A stretch of 63,026 nt of DNA, filler included, from Octopus bimaculoides (lineage: Eukaryota): assembly GCF_001194135.2 (NCBI RefSeq). It is 6 parts of 5 records of this genome, joined end to end, with 100 filler letters (N's around TTAATTAATTAA, not from the genome) between each part and the next. Parts side by side here need not be neighbours in the genome. Positions count along the whole stretch, not along the records: positions 1 to 29,169 come from NC_068992.1; positions 29,270 to 39,866 come from NC_068999.1; positions 39,967 to 43,561 come from NC_069010.1; 3 more parts are not named here. One strand, 5' to 3'. The position numbers were made by a program, and so were the translations under genes. The stretch's first letter is position 1, and each line of letters opens with the position of its first letter. Of the stretch, positions 25,819-39,997 are shown in pieces. The notes below the pieces were generated by a model. That model was not told the DNA's origin. It did no database searches and saw only the letters and a program-made list of their open reading frames with translations.

Positions 25819-26307
25819 ATCAAGATAATGAGGACTTTTAATGAAGCCATGATATTATGAAGATGTCAATTAGTCTTCTTTTCAACAATGCTCCAGACTC
25901 TCCCTTTCCATCTTTTTGCATTGTTGGTGGTCACCTCCCTCACCTGATCCCAATCTCTCATCTGTCATACTCTTTTGTAATATCCACCCACCCTCTCGCA
26001 CATGGTCTTTCTGCATCCAATCATTTCTATCCACCCTGTACCATGAAGATCCATCCTGGCACTATCATCACTATTTTACTCTGTTTCTGCTGATCTCTCC
26101 TTCGGTAATAGTCACAGATGTGAGTGGTCATCTTGCTCATTTATAATAAGAAACCTGCTCTGCTCTGGTCTTTTTACTCATACTTGTATTCTTCATTTCT
26201 TAACATAAAGCTGCCCTCTAGGGTTCATACGCCAACCTCACTAGAGTAGATGGCACAAAGGAAGTACTCAAAACATACAGTATAGTGACTGGCAGTATTA
26301 AGAATAT

Positions 26308-26501
26308 CCAGCAAGGATAGGATAGGTAGGAAGGATATCCAGGAAGGATATCCAGCAAAGATAGGATAGGTAGGAAGGATATCCAGCAAGGGTATCCAAC
26401 AAGGATAGGATAGGTAGGAAGGATATCCAGCAAAGACAGGATAGGTAGGAAGGATATCCAGCAAGGATAGGATAGGTAGGAAGGATATCCAGGAAGGATA
26501 T
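26308..26501. repeat. Compound minisatellite of 31-bp (A) and 13-bp (B) units, order A B A B A A A B
   Basis: A = CCAGCAAGGATAGGATAGGTAGGAAGGATAT and B = CCAGGAAGGATAT, parsed by eye. Confidence 0.9.
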
Positions 26502-29169
26502 ACAGTGACAAAAGAGACATGAGGAACAAAAGGACATGATATAGACCTTCGGGTTTGTCAAACCATGTAGACCAAACCAGTATGTAACATGGACATTAGA
26601 TTATGATATATGCCAATATGAGTATGAGCATGTGTACATGTACATTTAATATATACATGCAGACACATATTTACAGACTCATTTGAATATACATATATGT
26701 AATATTATTCATAGACTTATGTAGTATGTATATGGCTGTTTATAAATGCACATAAGTGTATATGTATTCTAATATATACAATTAAGTATAATTTGGTTAT
26801 TCATGAAATATTCTAGAGAGATTCTGTCATTAATCCGGTTTTTTTTTCTAATTCTATTCCCAGTACAAATGAGAGATAGTTATTGCATTGGTATATGTCT
26901 GTATATATACATATGTATGAATATGTGCATATTATGTGAGTACAACCAATACAGGTACTGCTGAAGCTCATTTTGCAGTCCTGATGTCCCAGATTTAATA
27001 CCAATGTGTGACATTTTAGACAAGTCTCTTTTACAAGATTTTCAGATCACCATTGCAGTATAAATAATAGAGACAGGTAGAAATTATATGAAAGTCTGCA
27101 ATGATACCTATGATATGAATAACCATCTTTGTTACTCATTCAATCACATTGTTTCTGCCCAAATATTACATTCTGCCATGGGAATATTCAGCCACTTAAA
27201 TCCTAATTAAATGAGTGAGTAGTTACATTCATTAAAAAACTAATCATTAAACTCAACAGAGATTAATTTCCTTTAGTTGCCTTATTAATTAAACTGATCT
27301 GGTTATAACCAGTCAGTCACATCAGATAGTACAATGATGAATAATTAACATTTCAGGACTAACTTGAGGTACACCGTAACTGATCAGGTTGGGAAGCAAT
27401 GATGTCCATGTTAATGATGATGATCATGAAAATGATGATGATGGCGGTGGTGGTTTTGATAAAGTGGAAAAGGTAATGTTGATGAGAATAATGGTGGTAT
27501 GGCTGCTTTTGGTGGAGGTGGAGATGGTGAAGATGGTGAAGAGGAAGGAGGAGAAAGGGATGGTGGTGTTGATGATGGTGGTACTGATGTTGATGGCAAG
27601 GAAGAGCAGATGGTGGTGGTGATGATCAAGAGGAGGATGTTATGATGATGATGATGAGAAGGAGGGAGAGGGGAGGAGGAGGAGGACATTATCAGTGATA
27701 TTCCAGAGCTTATTTTCACCAATACAAGATACCGTATGCATGTATCTGTTCCAGTATTTAATATTGTTAATGCTCTCATTGCTTTTAACACAAAGCGTAT
27801 TTCATTTTATATTATTTCTAAGAGTTCTTTTTGTCTCGATTGCGCTTACAGTTCATTTAGTTTTCTGATATATTTTTTGCAGGTAATGCATAAAATTTCA
27901 AAGAATGATACAAATCATAGGTGTTAGACATTGTACGATTCTGATTTGCTTAAATTGTTCTAAACAGCCAATCATGAACCTGTAGCCATTACTGACAAAT
28001 ATATACTTTATTCCAGTAGTTTCATCATGAAGTAAGTAGCTGCAGGCTGGTGCATATTAAGAGTACTTTTCACAGGAATGATTTTATGACAGAAATTTCG
28101 TATTTAAGAGGACTGTCACTGTTTGTTTTGAGCAGAACACAATTGTTAGTAGGATTCAAAGAAATGGTAGCGGTGAAAGGTTTGGTATGTAGATGAGAGC
28201 TAACATTCAGGAAGAAGGATTTGTTATTAACTCTTCACTCATTTAAGTAGGAAATGGTGTGTTAATGACCCCTTCAGGTCAAATAATTCATTTCACGTGC
28301 ATACACACAGTATTGTTAACTCTCATTGGATGTTTAAGACAATGTGTGTTACACTACGAGCATAAAAGCTTTCCAAAAGATTTGTCTCTACTTACATGTG
28401 ATGTCTGTGAGGGGATGCATATATATATGCATGAGTGTACACATCTCTCTCTTTCTCTCTCTCTCTCTCTATCTATCTCTGTATATGTATGTATGTATCA
28501 GCGGCGTGCGGTGACGTCCGAGGTTGGGCATGCAATGAATTTCTTCCCCGCCCCCGGCAATTTTTCAGTAAAAGAATTTTCGTATTCCTACGATTTACAT
28601 ATAGGAGATTCTGAATATGCAATCACCCCTGTATGACCTAAAATAAGCAGGGAATAAAAAAACGACTCTGTAGAGATGAGCCTGAAATAAGTGTATTGTT
28701 TGTATTTTTCCCTCTCTTCGAAATGTCAGTACTTTCCCATCCTCACTCTCCCTTAAAAATGTCTAAAAATCATAAGTGAAATGGAGTAAAGATGAAATTG
28801 GATTCTGTTAATATTTTTGCATGTTCGGAATCTCTGTTAATGGTAGGAATTCGAAAAACAATTTTCACAAAATTTCGTTTTTGAAAGGGGTGCGATTCTG
28901 CATTAGCCCCTATACCTGTTGGTTCAGCTGAATTAATCTGAATTGATTTAATAAAGAGAACACATTTAGTTACATTATATGGCCATGGTTTTAGATAGTT
29001 ACGCTCTTGAAGACAAGTCATGTGCTTTATCTTGCTACTTGTCAATTCCGGGAAAATTATTGATAATCAAGTAGACTGTTCTGAGACTTACTGAACTCCG
29101 TATATTAAAAGACTACGTCTCACGCACACACATTGAAAATACACGCATATACATGAATACACACACAAT

Positions 29170-29269
29170 NNNNNNNNNNNNNNNNNNNNNNNNNNNNNNN
29201 NNNNNNNNNNNNNTTAATTAATTAANNNNNNNNNNNNNNNNNNNNNNNNNNNNNNNNNNNNNNNNNNNN
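29170..29269. other. Artificial 100-bp gap spacer (N44-TTAATTAATTAA-N44); also at 39867, 43562, 49635 and 51467
   Basis: Identical 44+12+44 geometry five times; the 12-mer puts stops in all six frames. Confidence 0.9.
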
Positions 29270-29349
29270 GATGGTGGTAGAGGGATACGGGCGGGTGGAG
29301 GGTCATACATTATGGAGGTTGTCGTTTTGGCGGCGTGGTGGTCTTTCTT

Positions 29350-29391
<42 letters not shown>

Positions 29392-29498
29392 ACAGCAGCA
29401 GCAGCAGCGGCAGTGGTAGTGGTAGTAGTGGCAGTAAAAGCAGCAGCAGCAGTAGGAGGAGGAGGAGGAGGAGGAGGAGAGGGAGCTGCAGCAGAAGC

Positions 29499-29532
<34 letters not shown>

Positions 29533-29823
29533 ATAGTCGTAATGGCAGCAGCAGCAGGAGTGGTAGTAATAGTTGCAGTAGTAGCAGTAGTAGCAGTAGT
29601 AGCAGTAGTAGCAGCGGCAGTAGCAGCAGCAGCAGCAGTAGCAGCAGTAGTAGTAGTAGTCGTAGTAGTAGTACTTTTTTGGAGATAGTATGTATTGCTA
29701 CGTCTTTAAATGGAGATGGCAGTGGTTATGGTGGTGGAGGTGTGGTGTTGGTGGTAGTAGTGGTGCTAACGATGATATAGTAGAGGTGGATGTTGGGGGG
29801 GTGTAATGTTTGTGGCGGTAGTG
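29270..29823. repeat. (GTA)n/(GCA)n/(GGA)n trinucleotide block between gaps
   Basis: Read directly from sequence. Confidence 0.9.
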
Positions 29824-31361
29824 NNNNNNNNNNNNNNNNNNNNNNNNNNNNNNNNNNNNNNNNNNNNNNNNNNNNNNNNNNNNNNNNNNNNNNNNNNNNN
29901 NNNNNNNNNNNNNNNNNNNNNNNNNNNNNNNNNNNNNNNNNNNNNNNNNNNNNNNNNNNNNNNNNNNNNNNNNNNNNNNNNNNNNNNNNNNNNNNNNNNN
30001 NNNNNNNNNNNNNNNNNNNNNNNNNNNNNNNNNNNNNNNNNNNNNNNNNNNNNNNNNNNNNNNNNNNNNNNNNNNNNNNNNNNNNNNNNNNNNNNNNNNN
30101 NNNNNNNNNNNNNNNNNNNNNNNNNNNNNNNNNNNNNNNNNNNNNNNNNNNNNNNNNNNNNNNNNNNNNNNNNNNNNNNNNNNNNNNNNNNNNNNNNNNN
30201 NNNNNNNNNNNNNNNNNNNNNNNNNNNNNNNNNNNNNNNNNNNNNNNNNNNNNNNNNNNNNNNNNNNNNNNNNNNNNNNNNNNNNNNNNNNNNNNNNNNN
30301 NNNNNNNNNNNNNNNNNNNNNNNNNNNNNNNNNNNNNNNNNNNNNNNNNNNNNNNNNNNNNNNNNNNNNNNNNNNNNNNNNNNNNNNNNNNNNNNNNNNN
30401 NNNNNNNNNNNNNNNNNNNNNNNNNNNNNNNNNNNNNNNNNNNNNNNNNNNNNNNNNNNNNNNNNNNNNNNNNNNNNNNNNNNNNNNNNNNNNNNNNNNN
30501 NNNNNNNNNNNNNNNNNNNNNNNNNNNNNNNNNNNNNNNNNNNNNNNNNNNNNNNNNNNNNNNNNNNNNNNNNNNNNNNNNNNNNNNNNNNNNNNNNNNN
30601 CACACTCATACACACATGCGCAACATATTTTCTTGAAAAAGGAAAAACGTAAAGCAAAAATACAAAAACAATCTCCGAGCTTCGTCATTGAGTTTTTTAT
30701 ATTGAGATGGTCATTGATTAAATGATCGGGCCGTTTAGTCAGCAGAAGTTTTCGAGGGGGAGAGGGGAGGAGTGTGATGATGTCATAGACGAACACAACC
30801 AATCAGAAAACAGACTGAATAACATGACGCATCCATTTTAACAACACAAAACGCATATACACATACACGCAAAAACTATTATGAACAAATATAATAAAAT
30901 TGCTAAATATTTAATCATATACATATATATGCATATATGCAATTATTATTCGAAAATAAATATAAAAAAAATAGCCCCAGCTTATTTCAATATGTCCAAT
31001 ATTGAATAAGTGTCTCTTATGTCATAATAGTAATGTATTGTATAAATATATGAAAATATGGAAGGACAGAAGAAAGGAAAACGAAGATAAAGACATAGAA
31101 AGCAAGGGTTGGGTAAAGAGAGAGAGAGAATGTGTGTTGCTGCTTTAATAACGTCCAGTTTTTTTGTTGACCCTTCTACTGACATAGAAATAGTACGACA
31201 AACGCATTGAATAGCATTTGTTTGTTTCGAGCAGTTATGGCAGTTTACTTGTTGGACGTAGACGTTGAACAAACATATATAATATTTATCTATTCTTTGC
31301 ACGTACATATTTATAGGACAAAAGGTCGACATTTTCCATTCTCTCTTTTTGCGTCGGTTTA

Positions 31362-31400
31362 TCATCATCATCATCATCATCATCATCATCGTCATCATCG

Positions 31401-31463
<63 letters not shown>

Positions 31464-31465
31464 TT
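31362..31465. repeat. (CAT)n(TAT)n compound microsatellite
   Basis: Read directly from sequence. Confidence 0.95.
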
Positions 31466-32544
31466 GATGCGAAGTTGTGTGCAGAAAGAGCTCGACAGCA
31501 TGTCTCCATTTTCAACATCTGGTTTATTGCATCTAAATGGCTAAAAATGACAGTGCATATTGAAGAGACATCATTTCTTTTTTTTTTTTTTTTTTACCTT
31601 CTTTAGAGGGCAATATGTTTCTGCTAATGGTTGTTCCAAAGAATGAAAAGAAACGAATTTAAGTGAAGTCCTGGTGCAATTGCATTTGGAGCGATTTTAG
31701 AATTGAAATTAAAACAAAACTGCTCACAGTCACCTTTGCGCTCTGTTCTTTTTTTTTTCCTTGCCTTTTATACTATTAGAAATTTTTTTTTTTTCACCCT
31801 TTATTTTATATTCTCTCTTAATAAATGCAAGTTCTTTTGAATACAGAAATACACAAATATTAGTCTAGAACAGCTTATTCAACGTGAGAGCCTGGCGTGC
31901 GTGCGTATACATTATTTAAATAAATGGCTTTATCGCACATCACAATATCAAAATCGCAAATGTTTGGCAACAACACTAAAAATTAATGAAATACAAAAAT
32001 ATTTTTAAATAAAAATTTACTTATGCTTTGAATGAAAATGCACTTTAAGACCTAACATTGGTTCTAATTCGATTCGTAATTCTTCGATTTACATCACAGA
32101 TTACAATACACATAGTTACACACAGAGTGTGCGTGTTTGTGTGCGCGCGTGCGTAGAACTCTGTGAATTTGCAGACTTCATACAATAAATTTCTGATGTG
32201 GAATTTTTATGAATCATAACCAGACGAGTAAAATATTTACTGCGCAAAATAAATAACAAAAACTACATTTTCTTCTTTTTGTTTTTTGTTTTTGGTTTTT
32301 TTTTTTTTGTAAATGTTGAATATTTATTTTTGATCAGTGTATTGATTTTTAATGAAGGAAAAATTACGCTATTTAATAAAATAAATAATTTCTGTATTTT
32401 AATTAGACAGACAAACCTCCACACTCGCAACAGTTTTGTAAGAGAACCGAATTTATAATAATTGCGTTGCTAAAACAAATATATGATTGAGATTTTTGTG
32501 TCCTGTTTTCTGTTTTGGATTTCAGACGCAGTTTTTACTTGCCA

Positions 32545-32557
32545 AAAACATGGCGGC
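32545..32557 (+). promoter_or_regulatory. YY1-like motif AAAACATGGCGGC in CpG-retaining unique sequence
   Basis: Matches the AAnATGGCGGC consensus; motif match only, no functional data. Confidence 0.25.
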
Positions 32558-32930
32558 AGGAAATGAAGAACAGTAGAATGCCTACTACGAAACAAGAAAA
32601 GACGAAAGAAATATTCATTGGTAGCACAAAGATTGTTGGGGAAAGGATAGAGTTAAATATGTACTCGTTAATGATGTTGCTTGCATTAAGAGAAGGATGG
32701 GTTTTGCATGTTCAACTTAAATAAAACAAATAGAATAAAAATAACTGGTTCCTGAAAGCATAATATGTTGTACTCAATACAGAATAAACCAGCGTGAGTT
32801 AGATTATATAATTATGGAAGCTGGAATTAACAGAAGACACCGGTGTCTTGTCGCACTGCCTGACCTTGATAACAATGTCTTTGCATAAGAAATATTTAAC
32901 TGCTCTCCACTTTGTGTAGAAATATTAAGA

Positions 32931-33331
32931 GGCGCAGGAGTAGCTGTGTGGTAAGTAGCTTGCTTACCAACCACATGGTTCTGGGTTCAGTCCCACTGCG
33001 TGGCACCTTGGGTAAGTGTCTTCTACTATAGCCTCGGGCCGACCAAAGCCTTGTGAGTGGATTTGGTAGACGGAAACTGAAAGAAGCCTGTCGTATATAT
33101 GTGTGTATATGTTTGTGTGTCTGTGTTTGTCCCCCCCCCAACATCACTTGACAACCGATGCTGGTGTGTTTAGGTCCCCGTATCTTAACGGATCGGCAAA
33201 AGAGACCGATAGAATAAGTACTAGGCACCCAAAGAATAAGTCCTAGGGTCGATTTGCTCGACTAAAGGCGGTGCTCCAGAATGTCCGCAGTCAAATGACT
33301 GAAACATGTAAAAGAGTAAAAGAGTAAAGAG
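32931..33331 (+). mobile_element. SINE family A, full-length, CpG-intact
   Basis: tRNA-like head GGCGCAGGAGTAGCTGTGTGGTAAG...GGTTCAGTCCC, a central (TA/TG) tract and a (GAGTAAAA)n tail. Confidence 0.9.
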
Positions 33332-33956
33332 TTCGAAACCAGAGAAGTTTCATCTCTATTCTGGTGTATTCGTAAGTATTAGGCATTCATGTACAACAAT
33401 TGATGTATCAGTTGTTGCTGTTGTTATTTAACTCCAGCGCAGTTCTATGTCAGAAGATCTGTGATCAAAGGAGTCCTATGGATGACCATCCCATCAATTT
33501 TTCAGTTTTTGTCGGCCATAATGTATCTGAAACTACGTTTTCAAATCTGTTTGTGTTGCTCTTTTGAATGGCTGCTATTTTGTGATAGATCGACTGACCG
33601 CGTAGAGATTTTTTTCGTTGCCTCGCTGAAATATCTGCTGTTCTGATAGGCTACGGAGGACTATATCACCTAAAGTATACATGTGAGTGTGTGTTTGAGT
33701 CTGTGTCTGTGTGTGTTTGTGTGCGCGTGTGTGTGTGTTTGTGTGCGCGTGTGTGTGTGTGTACATTCTTAATATTTTATAACGTCTTGCGAACGAATCG
33801 TTTTGCATCATATGTTTTTTTACCGTTGCGACTATTAAAATCAGTTTTCATTCGTCGACGTCAATTTGCCTTTGAACATTTCGGGATAGTAAAGTGCCAG
33901 AAGAACACTGCTGGCCTTGTGCCAAAATTTGAAGCCAATGTTAACACATTTATAAA

Positions 33957-33991
<35 letters not shown>

Positions 33992-36018
33992 NNNNNNNNN
34001 NNNNNNNNNNNNNNNNNNNNNNNNNNNNNNNNNNNNNNNNNNNNNNNNNNNNNNNNNNNNNNNNNNNNNNNNNNNNNNNNNNNNNNNNNNNNNNNNNNNN
34101 NNNNNNNNNNNNNNNNNNNNNNNNNNNNNNNNNNNNNNNNNNNNNNNNNNNNNNNNNNNNNNNNNNNNNNNNNNNNNNNNNNNNNNNNNNNNNNNNNNNN
34201 NNNNNNNNNNNNNNNNNNNNNNNNNNNNNNNNNNNNNNNNNNNNNNNNNNNNNNNNNNNNNNNNNNNNNNNNNCACCACCACCACCGCCGCCGCCGCCGC
34301 CACCACCACCAACAACAATGACACTACTACAACACGTGTATCAATTACTACTAACACTACCATTGCGAAAACCACTAACAGCACACCTACAACCACTACC
34401 ACCACCACCACTACTACAACTACTGCTGCTGCAGCTACTGCTACTGCGGCTGCTGCTGCTACCATTACAAATACTAATATTCTTGCTGTTACTAGTAACA
34501 CTACTACTATTGTCGCTATTACTACTACTACCACTAGTAGTAGTAGTAACACTACTACTACAAATTATAATAATAATAATAATAATACAATGATAAAAGA
34601 ATGTCAGCCATGTTGACACATTCAATTTCCTTATATTAACAACTCCCCTGCACGCACGCATACGCTGCATACACACACACACACACATACACACACACAC
34701 ACACATACACACACACACACACATTCATGCATATGTATGAATATACATGGACTGCGCAGAAATGCACACGACATGCACAATAACCATACTCAATACCATA
34801 CAATACAAGCACACACACACACACACACAATACACACACAATACACACACAATACACACACAATACACACACAATACACAAGCAACAAAAACAATAAAGA
34901 CAATAAAAACACACATACAACTATCTTTGTTGTGACACATACATACCACACAGAATTCAATTATATACATACATACATACATACATACATACATACATAC
35001 ACAGACAAAACGAATAAACACATGGCAAATAAAGAATACACACACATACATACACGCATGCACACACACACAAACACACACATGCATATACAAATCCACA
35101 CACACGCACAGGCATACGCATACACACCACGCATTCACACACACGTACACGCACACCTACACAGGCTCAAGTTCAATAATATATGACGCACACATTGAAC
35201 AAACGGCAATCTTTATACCCGCACTACAGTATATACATACACATTTTACTGTATATTTTACGAACAATTACATTCACATACACAAGTCGCAGAGAAAACG
35301 AGTAACCATATATAGAAATAAAACATGTATACACATACACACACACATATTCACACATAAGATGATGTACAACACAAACATGGAACACTGCAACATTAAT
35401 ATACATACAACAATACACACATATTTTTACAGTGTAGATTATATATACATACATATATATACATGAACGATATAAGAATTAAACGCACACACACAAACTC
35501 ATGTGCAGCAACAAGAATGACGGTCGTCTGCGCAGATCGTCTGCACAGAACGATGGTCGTCTGCACAGATACACAACGTATGTACACATGCGGTATACAC
35601 GGTTAACAAAAGTATTCGTAGACAACGCACACAACACATAATTATACATGTATTAGGCATACACACATACATAACATACACACACACACAGGCACACACA
35701 AATCCACGCTCACACACATGCAAATACACTTACGTACTCGTGCACACACAGGCAAACAAATTCACATGCGTGCACACAGAACATACTTTTGCACACAGCA
35801 TGACCAATTTTCCATTATGCAAATGAGATTCAGCCATTTGTTAGTTCGTTAGAGTCACATAACTGCTGTGTTCAATGCCAAGTTCTCCTGTCCCTATAGA
35901 AATACGGTCTGAAATGAAATCAGCCTCAAGGATCATTAAGGAATCGGGGCTTTTATTAATGAAGAACCTTGTAGAATATCACTCTATCAATTCAAGCACA
36001 CACACACACACACACACA

Positions 36019-36084
<66 letters not shown>

Positions 36085-36157
36085 NNNNNNNNNNNNNNNN
36101 NNNNNNNNNNNNNNNNNNNNNNNNNNNNNNNNNNNNNNNNNNNNNNNNNNNNNNNNN

Positions 36158-36195
<38 letters not shown>

Positions 36196-36483
36196 GCTTG
36201 CATATGTACATGCTTTCATGTGTGCACATAAGCATACACTGACTTACTTAATACAACAGACTACATATATATGTATATATATGTATATATATATATATAT
36301 ATATATACATTGCAAGACAACATTAGTATATGCATAGGTGCACGCGCATCGTCATCATCATCGTCATCATCATCATCAGTATCTTCATTTGTAGCAGCAG
36401 CATTAGTTGTAATCACTTCCTTAATAATAGTAGGAGTCGCAGTAAGTTAATACAAAGACTCTTGAACCTCGCGAGCTGTATAT

Positions 36484-36615
<132 letters not shown>

Positions 36616-36789
36616 NNNNNNNNNNNNNNNNNNNNNNNNNNNNNNNNNNNNNNNNNNNNNNNNNNNNNNNNNNNNNNNNNNNNNNNNNNNNNNNNNNNNN
36701 NNNNNNNNNNNNNNNNNNNNNNNNNNNNNNNNNNNNNNNNNNNNNNNNNNNNNNNNNNNNNNNNNNNNNNNNNNNNNNNNNNNNATATA

Positions 36790-36985
36790 TATTGCGAAGG
36801 CGGAGGTATTGTTTTTCAGTCGTGTTTGTTTGTCCGTGTGCAAGATATCTTAAGAACCACTGGATGGATTCGGACGAAATTCTTAGGGATGTTTGACCTC
36901 GTGACTGGCACGAACTGATTAGATTTTGGGATCGATCTGATACCGGACAAGGATTCTGGATTATTTTTCCGGTTCCCTTAGCAGC
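36790..36985. mobile_element. Probable Helitron/Helentron-type non-autonomous repeat
   Basis: GGAGGTATTGTTTT...GTTTGTTTGTCCGTG..AAGATATC..AAGAACCACTGGATGGATTCGGACGAAATT resembles, from recall only, DINE/HINE-like elements. Confidence 0.4.
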
Positions 36986-37853
36986 AAGGGAAAGAAAGTG
37001 GTGGAGATGTGTTGATTTTCAGGAGTATGATTTGTTGGAAATTTGAGGACGACCATGGGTTAAACTTCTGCCGAAGCATTTCAGTTTGATAACGAATACC
37101 CCGCCCTGCAAATATAAATACATGTCTGTCTGTAGTCAGATATTTAGTCAGAATTTTTAATTACGTTGACTTATCATTATTAAACTCCTGTATTAAACAA
37201 CAGTCTCCAAGTTCGTCATTTTCCCAATAATTTATATGATGGATTTCAACTAAATATATCAGACCATCTCATCAATTGTAAGTTCATCTTCACTCCTAAC
37301 TTCAATTTGTAGCTTTGCACTCTTAGTAAAGAAACTTGATGCTTTAATCTATAGAGACAGACATGATATAAACCAATTTTAGTCCGTCTATCATGTTTCT
37401 CTTCTCTCTTAACAAAATGAAATTAAATAAATCCCACCCAAACCTCGTTTTCGTTACACACAAAACCAGACGACCTACACTTCGATTAATTCACATCCAA
37501 AAGTTCTCCATCTCCAAATAAATTTAGTATTGTTGCAGGAAAATGAAGTTAACCGATCGATATTTGGATTCTTACCAAAATTGTTTTGTTCTCTGGATCT
37601 ATTACAAATCCATAATTATAAATAGTAACCAAATTTGGATAGAGTACGAAAGGGCGACGTGGAGAATATCATATTAAGTTGTTCAAAATATCTCGTATTA
37701 TATTATTGGCAAAGAAAGTTATAACTAATCATATTGCTAGGATACTGAGTCACTGACCGAAAGATCTACGGTTCGCTTTCTGCTGCAAATATTTCGTTAT
37801 TTTACTTCGCATGACATAAATTCTAGCTGGCTCAGTTTAACTGCTAATAGATA

Positions 37854-38045
37854 GGCGGTGAGCTGGCAGAGACGTTAGGACACTGGGCGAAATGCTTAGC
37901 GGTATTTCGTCTGCCGCTACGTTCTACGTTCAAATTCCGCCGAGGTCGACTTTGCCTTTCATCCTTTCGAAATAGATAAATTAGGTACCAGTTACGCACT
38001 GGGGTCGATGTAATCGATTTAATTCCTTTGTCTGTCCTTGTTTGA
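37854..38045 (+). mobile_element. SINE family C, CpG-intact; further copies at about 38265-38380 (-), 38420-38625 (-), 39262-39412 (+) and 39428-39590 (+)
   Basis: GGCGGTGAGCTGGCAG...GTTCAAATTCCGCCGAGGTCGACTTTGCCTTTCATCC...GTACCAGTT, repeated locally. Confidence 0.85.
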
Positions 38046-38628
38046 GGGTTCGATTTCCAGACCGTGTAGTTCGTTGTGTCCTTGATCAAAACCCTTCATT
38101 TCACGTTGCTACCGTCTACTCAGCTGTAAATGGGGGTCACCTTGTGACGCTCGAGCTTCCGATTGGAGGAAATGTTGGTCAGCTCGAGTAGCCAGTGCGG
38201 TAGTATCCCTCGAAAGCTAAAAAGATCCAAAGTGCATTGTGACCGGCGATGTATAAGTACGTAACTGGTACTTAATTTATCGACCACCAGAAGGATGAAA
38301 GGCAAAGACTACCTCGGCTGAAATTGAGCTCAGAACGTTAAGATGGATGACATGCATTATGATTCTGCTAGCTCACCGCCTTCATCATCATCATCATCAT
38401 CATCATAATAATAATAATAATAATAATAATAATCTTTTCTACTATAGGCACAAGGCCTGAAATTTTGGGTGAGGGGCCCAGTCGATTACATCGACCTCAG
38501 TACGCAACTGGTACTTAATTTACCGACTTTGAGAAGGATGAAAAGTAAAGACTACCTCGGCAGAATTTGAGCTCAGAACGTAAGGAGACGGACGAAACGC
38601 ATTATGATTCTGCCAGCTCGTCGTCTTC

Positions 38629-38669
<41 letters not shown>

Positions 38670-39784
38670 TTGTTTTTGATATGTGAGTAAAGATCAAACT
38701 ATATCGAGTGCGTTGAATTGTAGTGTGTTAGTTCGCTTTTCGTTTATCACTTCGCAAAACTTCTTTGGCATCAGAACCGGTGTTTACGTGTGATTCGATT
38801 TAATTGGAAATTGGCATTGAAATGGCACTGTTTTTGGCTTTGTTTGGCAAAAGTCTTTGACCTCGTTGACCAAAGTGTCAATTTAACTCAACGACATTAA
38901 AGAAACAAAATTCTCCGCACACATCGTTTTATTTTTGAAGAAAGTAAATAATTATCTTTATTAGCTTGGCGCATGAGTAATTATATCTGTCGTTGGTGCT
39001 TAAAGTTAACTCAGCCCTGATCGAGTAGACTTCAGTTCACCAGCGTTCCAGCCTTACCTTAACTGTCTGACCATATATCTCACACTGCAGTATCCAGTAT
39101 ATCTGACTTCATGTTAGAGTGTACGACCTTGTGGCAAATACATGAAATCATCATTGTTTGGTGCTTGCAGTTTGAATTGGACCCTCGACTTTCGTGGCCA
39201 CTTTTAATATAAGAGGTAGCCTTGTCACGGGTTCAGATCATTGAACAAAAATGTAATGTGTTTACGTTCCGAGTTCAAATTCCGCCGAGGTCGACTTTGT
39301 TTTCCCTCCTTTCGGGGTCGATAAAATAAGTACCTGTTGACCACTGGGTTCGATGTAATCGACTTATCACTTCCTCCAAAATTGCTGGCCTTGTGCCGAA
39401 GCTTGAAACCAATATGTTATTACGTTAAGGCGGCGAAATATTTGTCGACATGTCTCCCGGCGTTTCGATCTGAGTTCAAATTCTACCGATGTCAACTGTG
39501 CATTTCTTCCTTTTTGGGTCGATATAAATAGGTACCAGTTTTGGTCTGGCGTCAATATAATCGAATACCCCCGTCCCCTCAAAATTTCGTTTCGAATCTT
39601 GTGTTCATAACAAAAATGATTTTAGAATGCAATACGAAAGTGATTTTTCTGCTATTTCTAGCAATGCATGTGGCAGGGCAAGAGGCTCAGCAAGGCGTTG
39701 CACAATATCATCATGTCCGATGAATCCGATTTGAAAACGAGGCTGAGTCCGATTTCCTTTAACTCTTAATATCCACATAAAGAC

Positions 39785-39842
<58 letters not shown>

Positions 39843-39997
39843 GTGTGTGTGTTATACGGACGGCGTNNNNNNNNNNNNNNNNNNNNNNNNNNNNNNNNNN
39901 NNNNNNNNNNTTAATTAATTAANNNNNNNNNNNNNNNNNNNNNNNNNNNNNNNNNNNNNNNNNNNNTTGTAGCAACAAACACACATATATATGTATG

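Noticed and set aside
25857-26170. Possible LINE endonuclease remnant
   Set aside because: The resemblance is too weak to distinguish from pyrimidine-rich non-coding sequence.
28499-29050. ORF 28770-29045 and a CAGCGGCGTGCGG hAT-like terminus
   Set aside because: No matching second TIR or TSD was found and the peptide has no recognisable motif; probably a repeat fragment, but I cannot support a call.
29214-29225. TTAATTAATTAA recurring five times as a possible regulatory or recombination motif
   Set aside because: It is always centred in N44...N44 to give exactly 100 bp and has stops in all six frames, so it is an assembly gap spacer.
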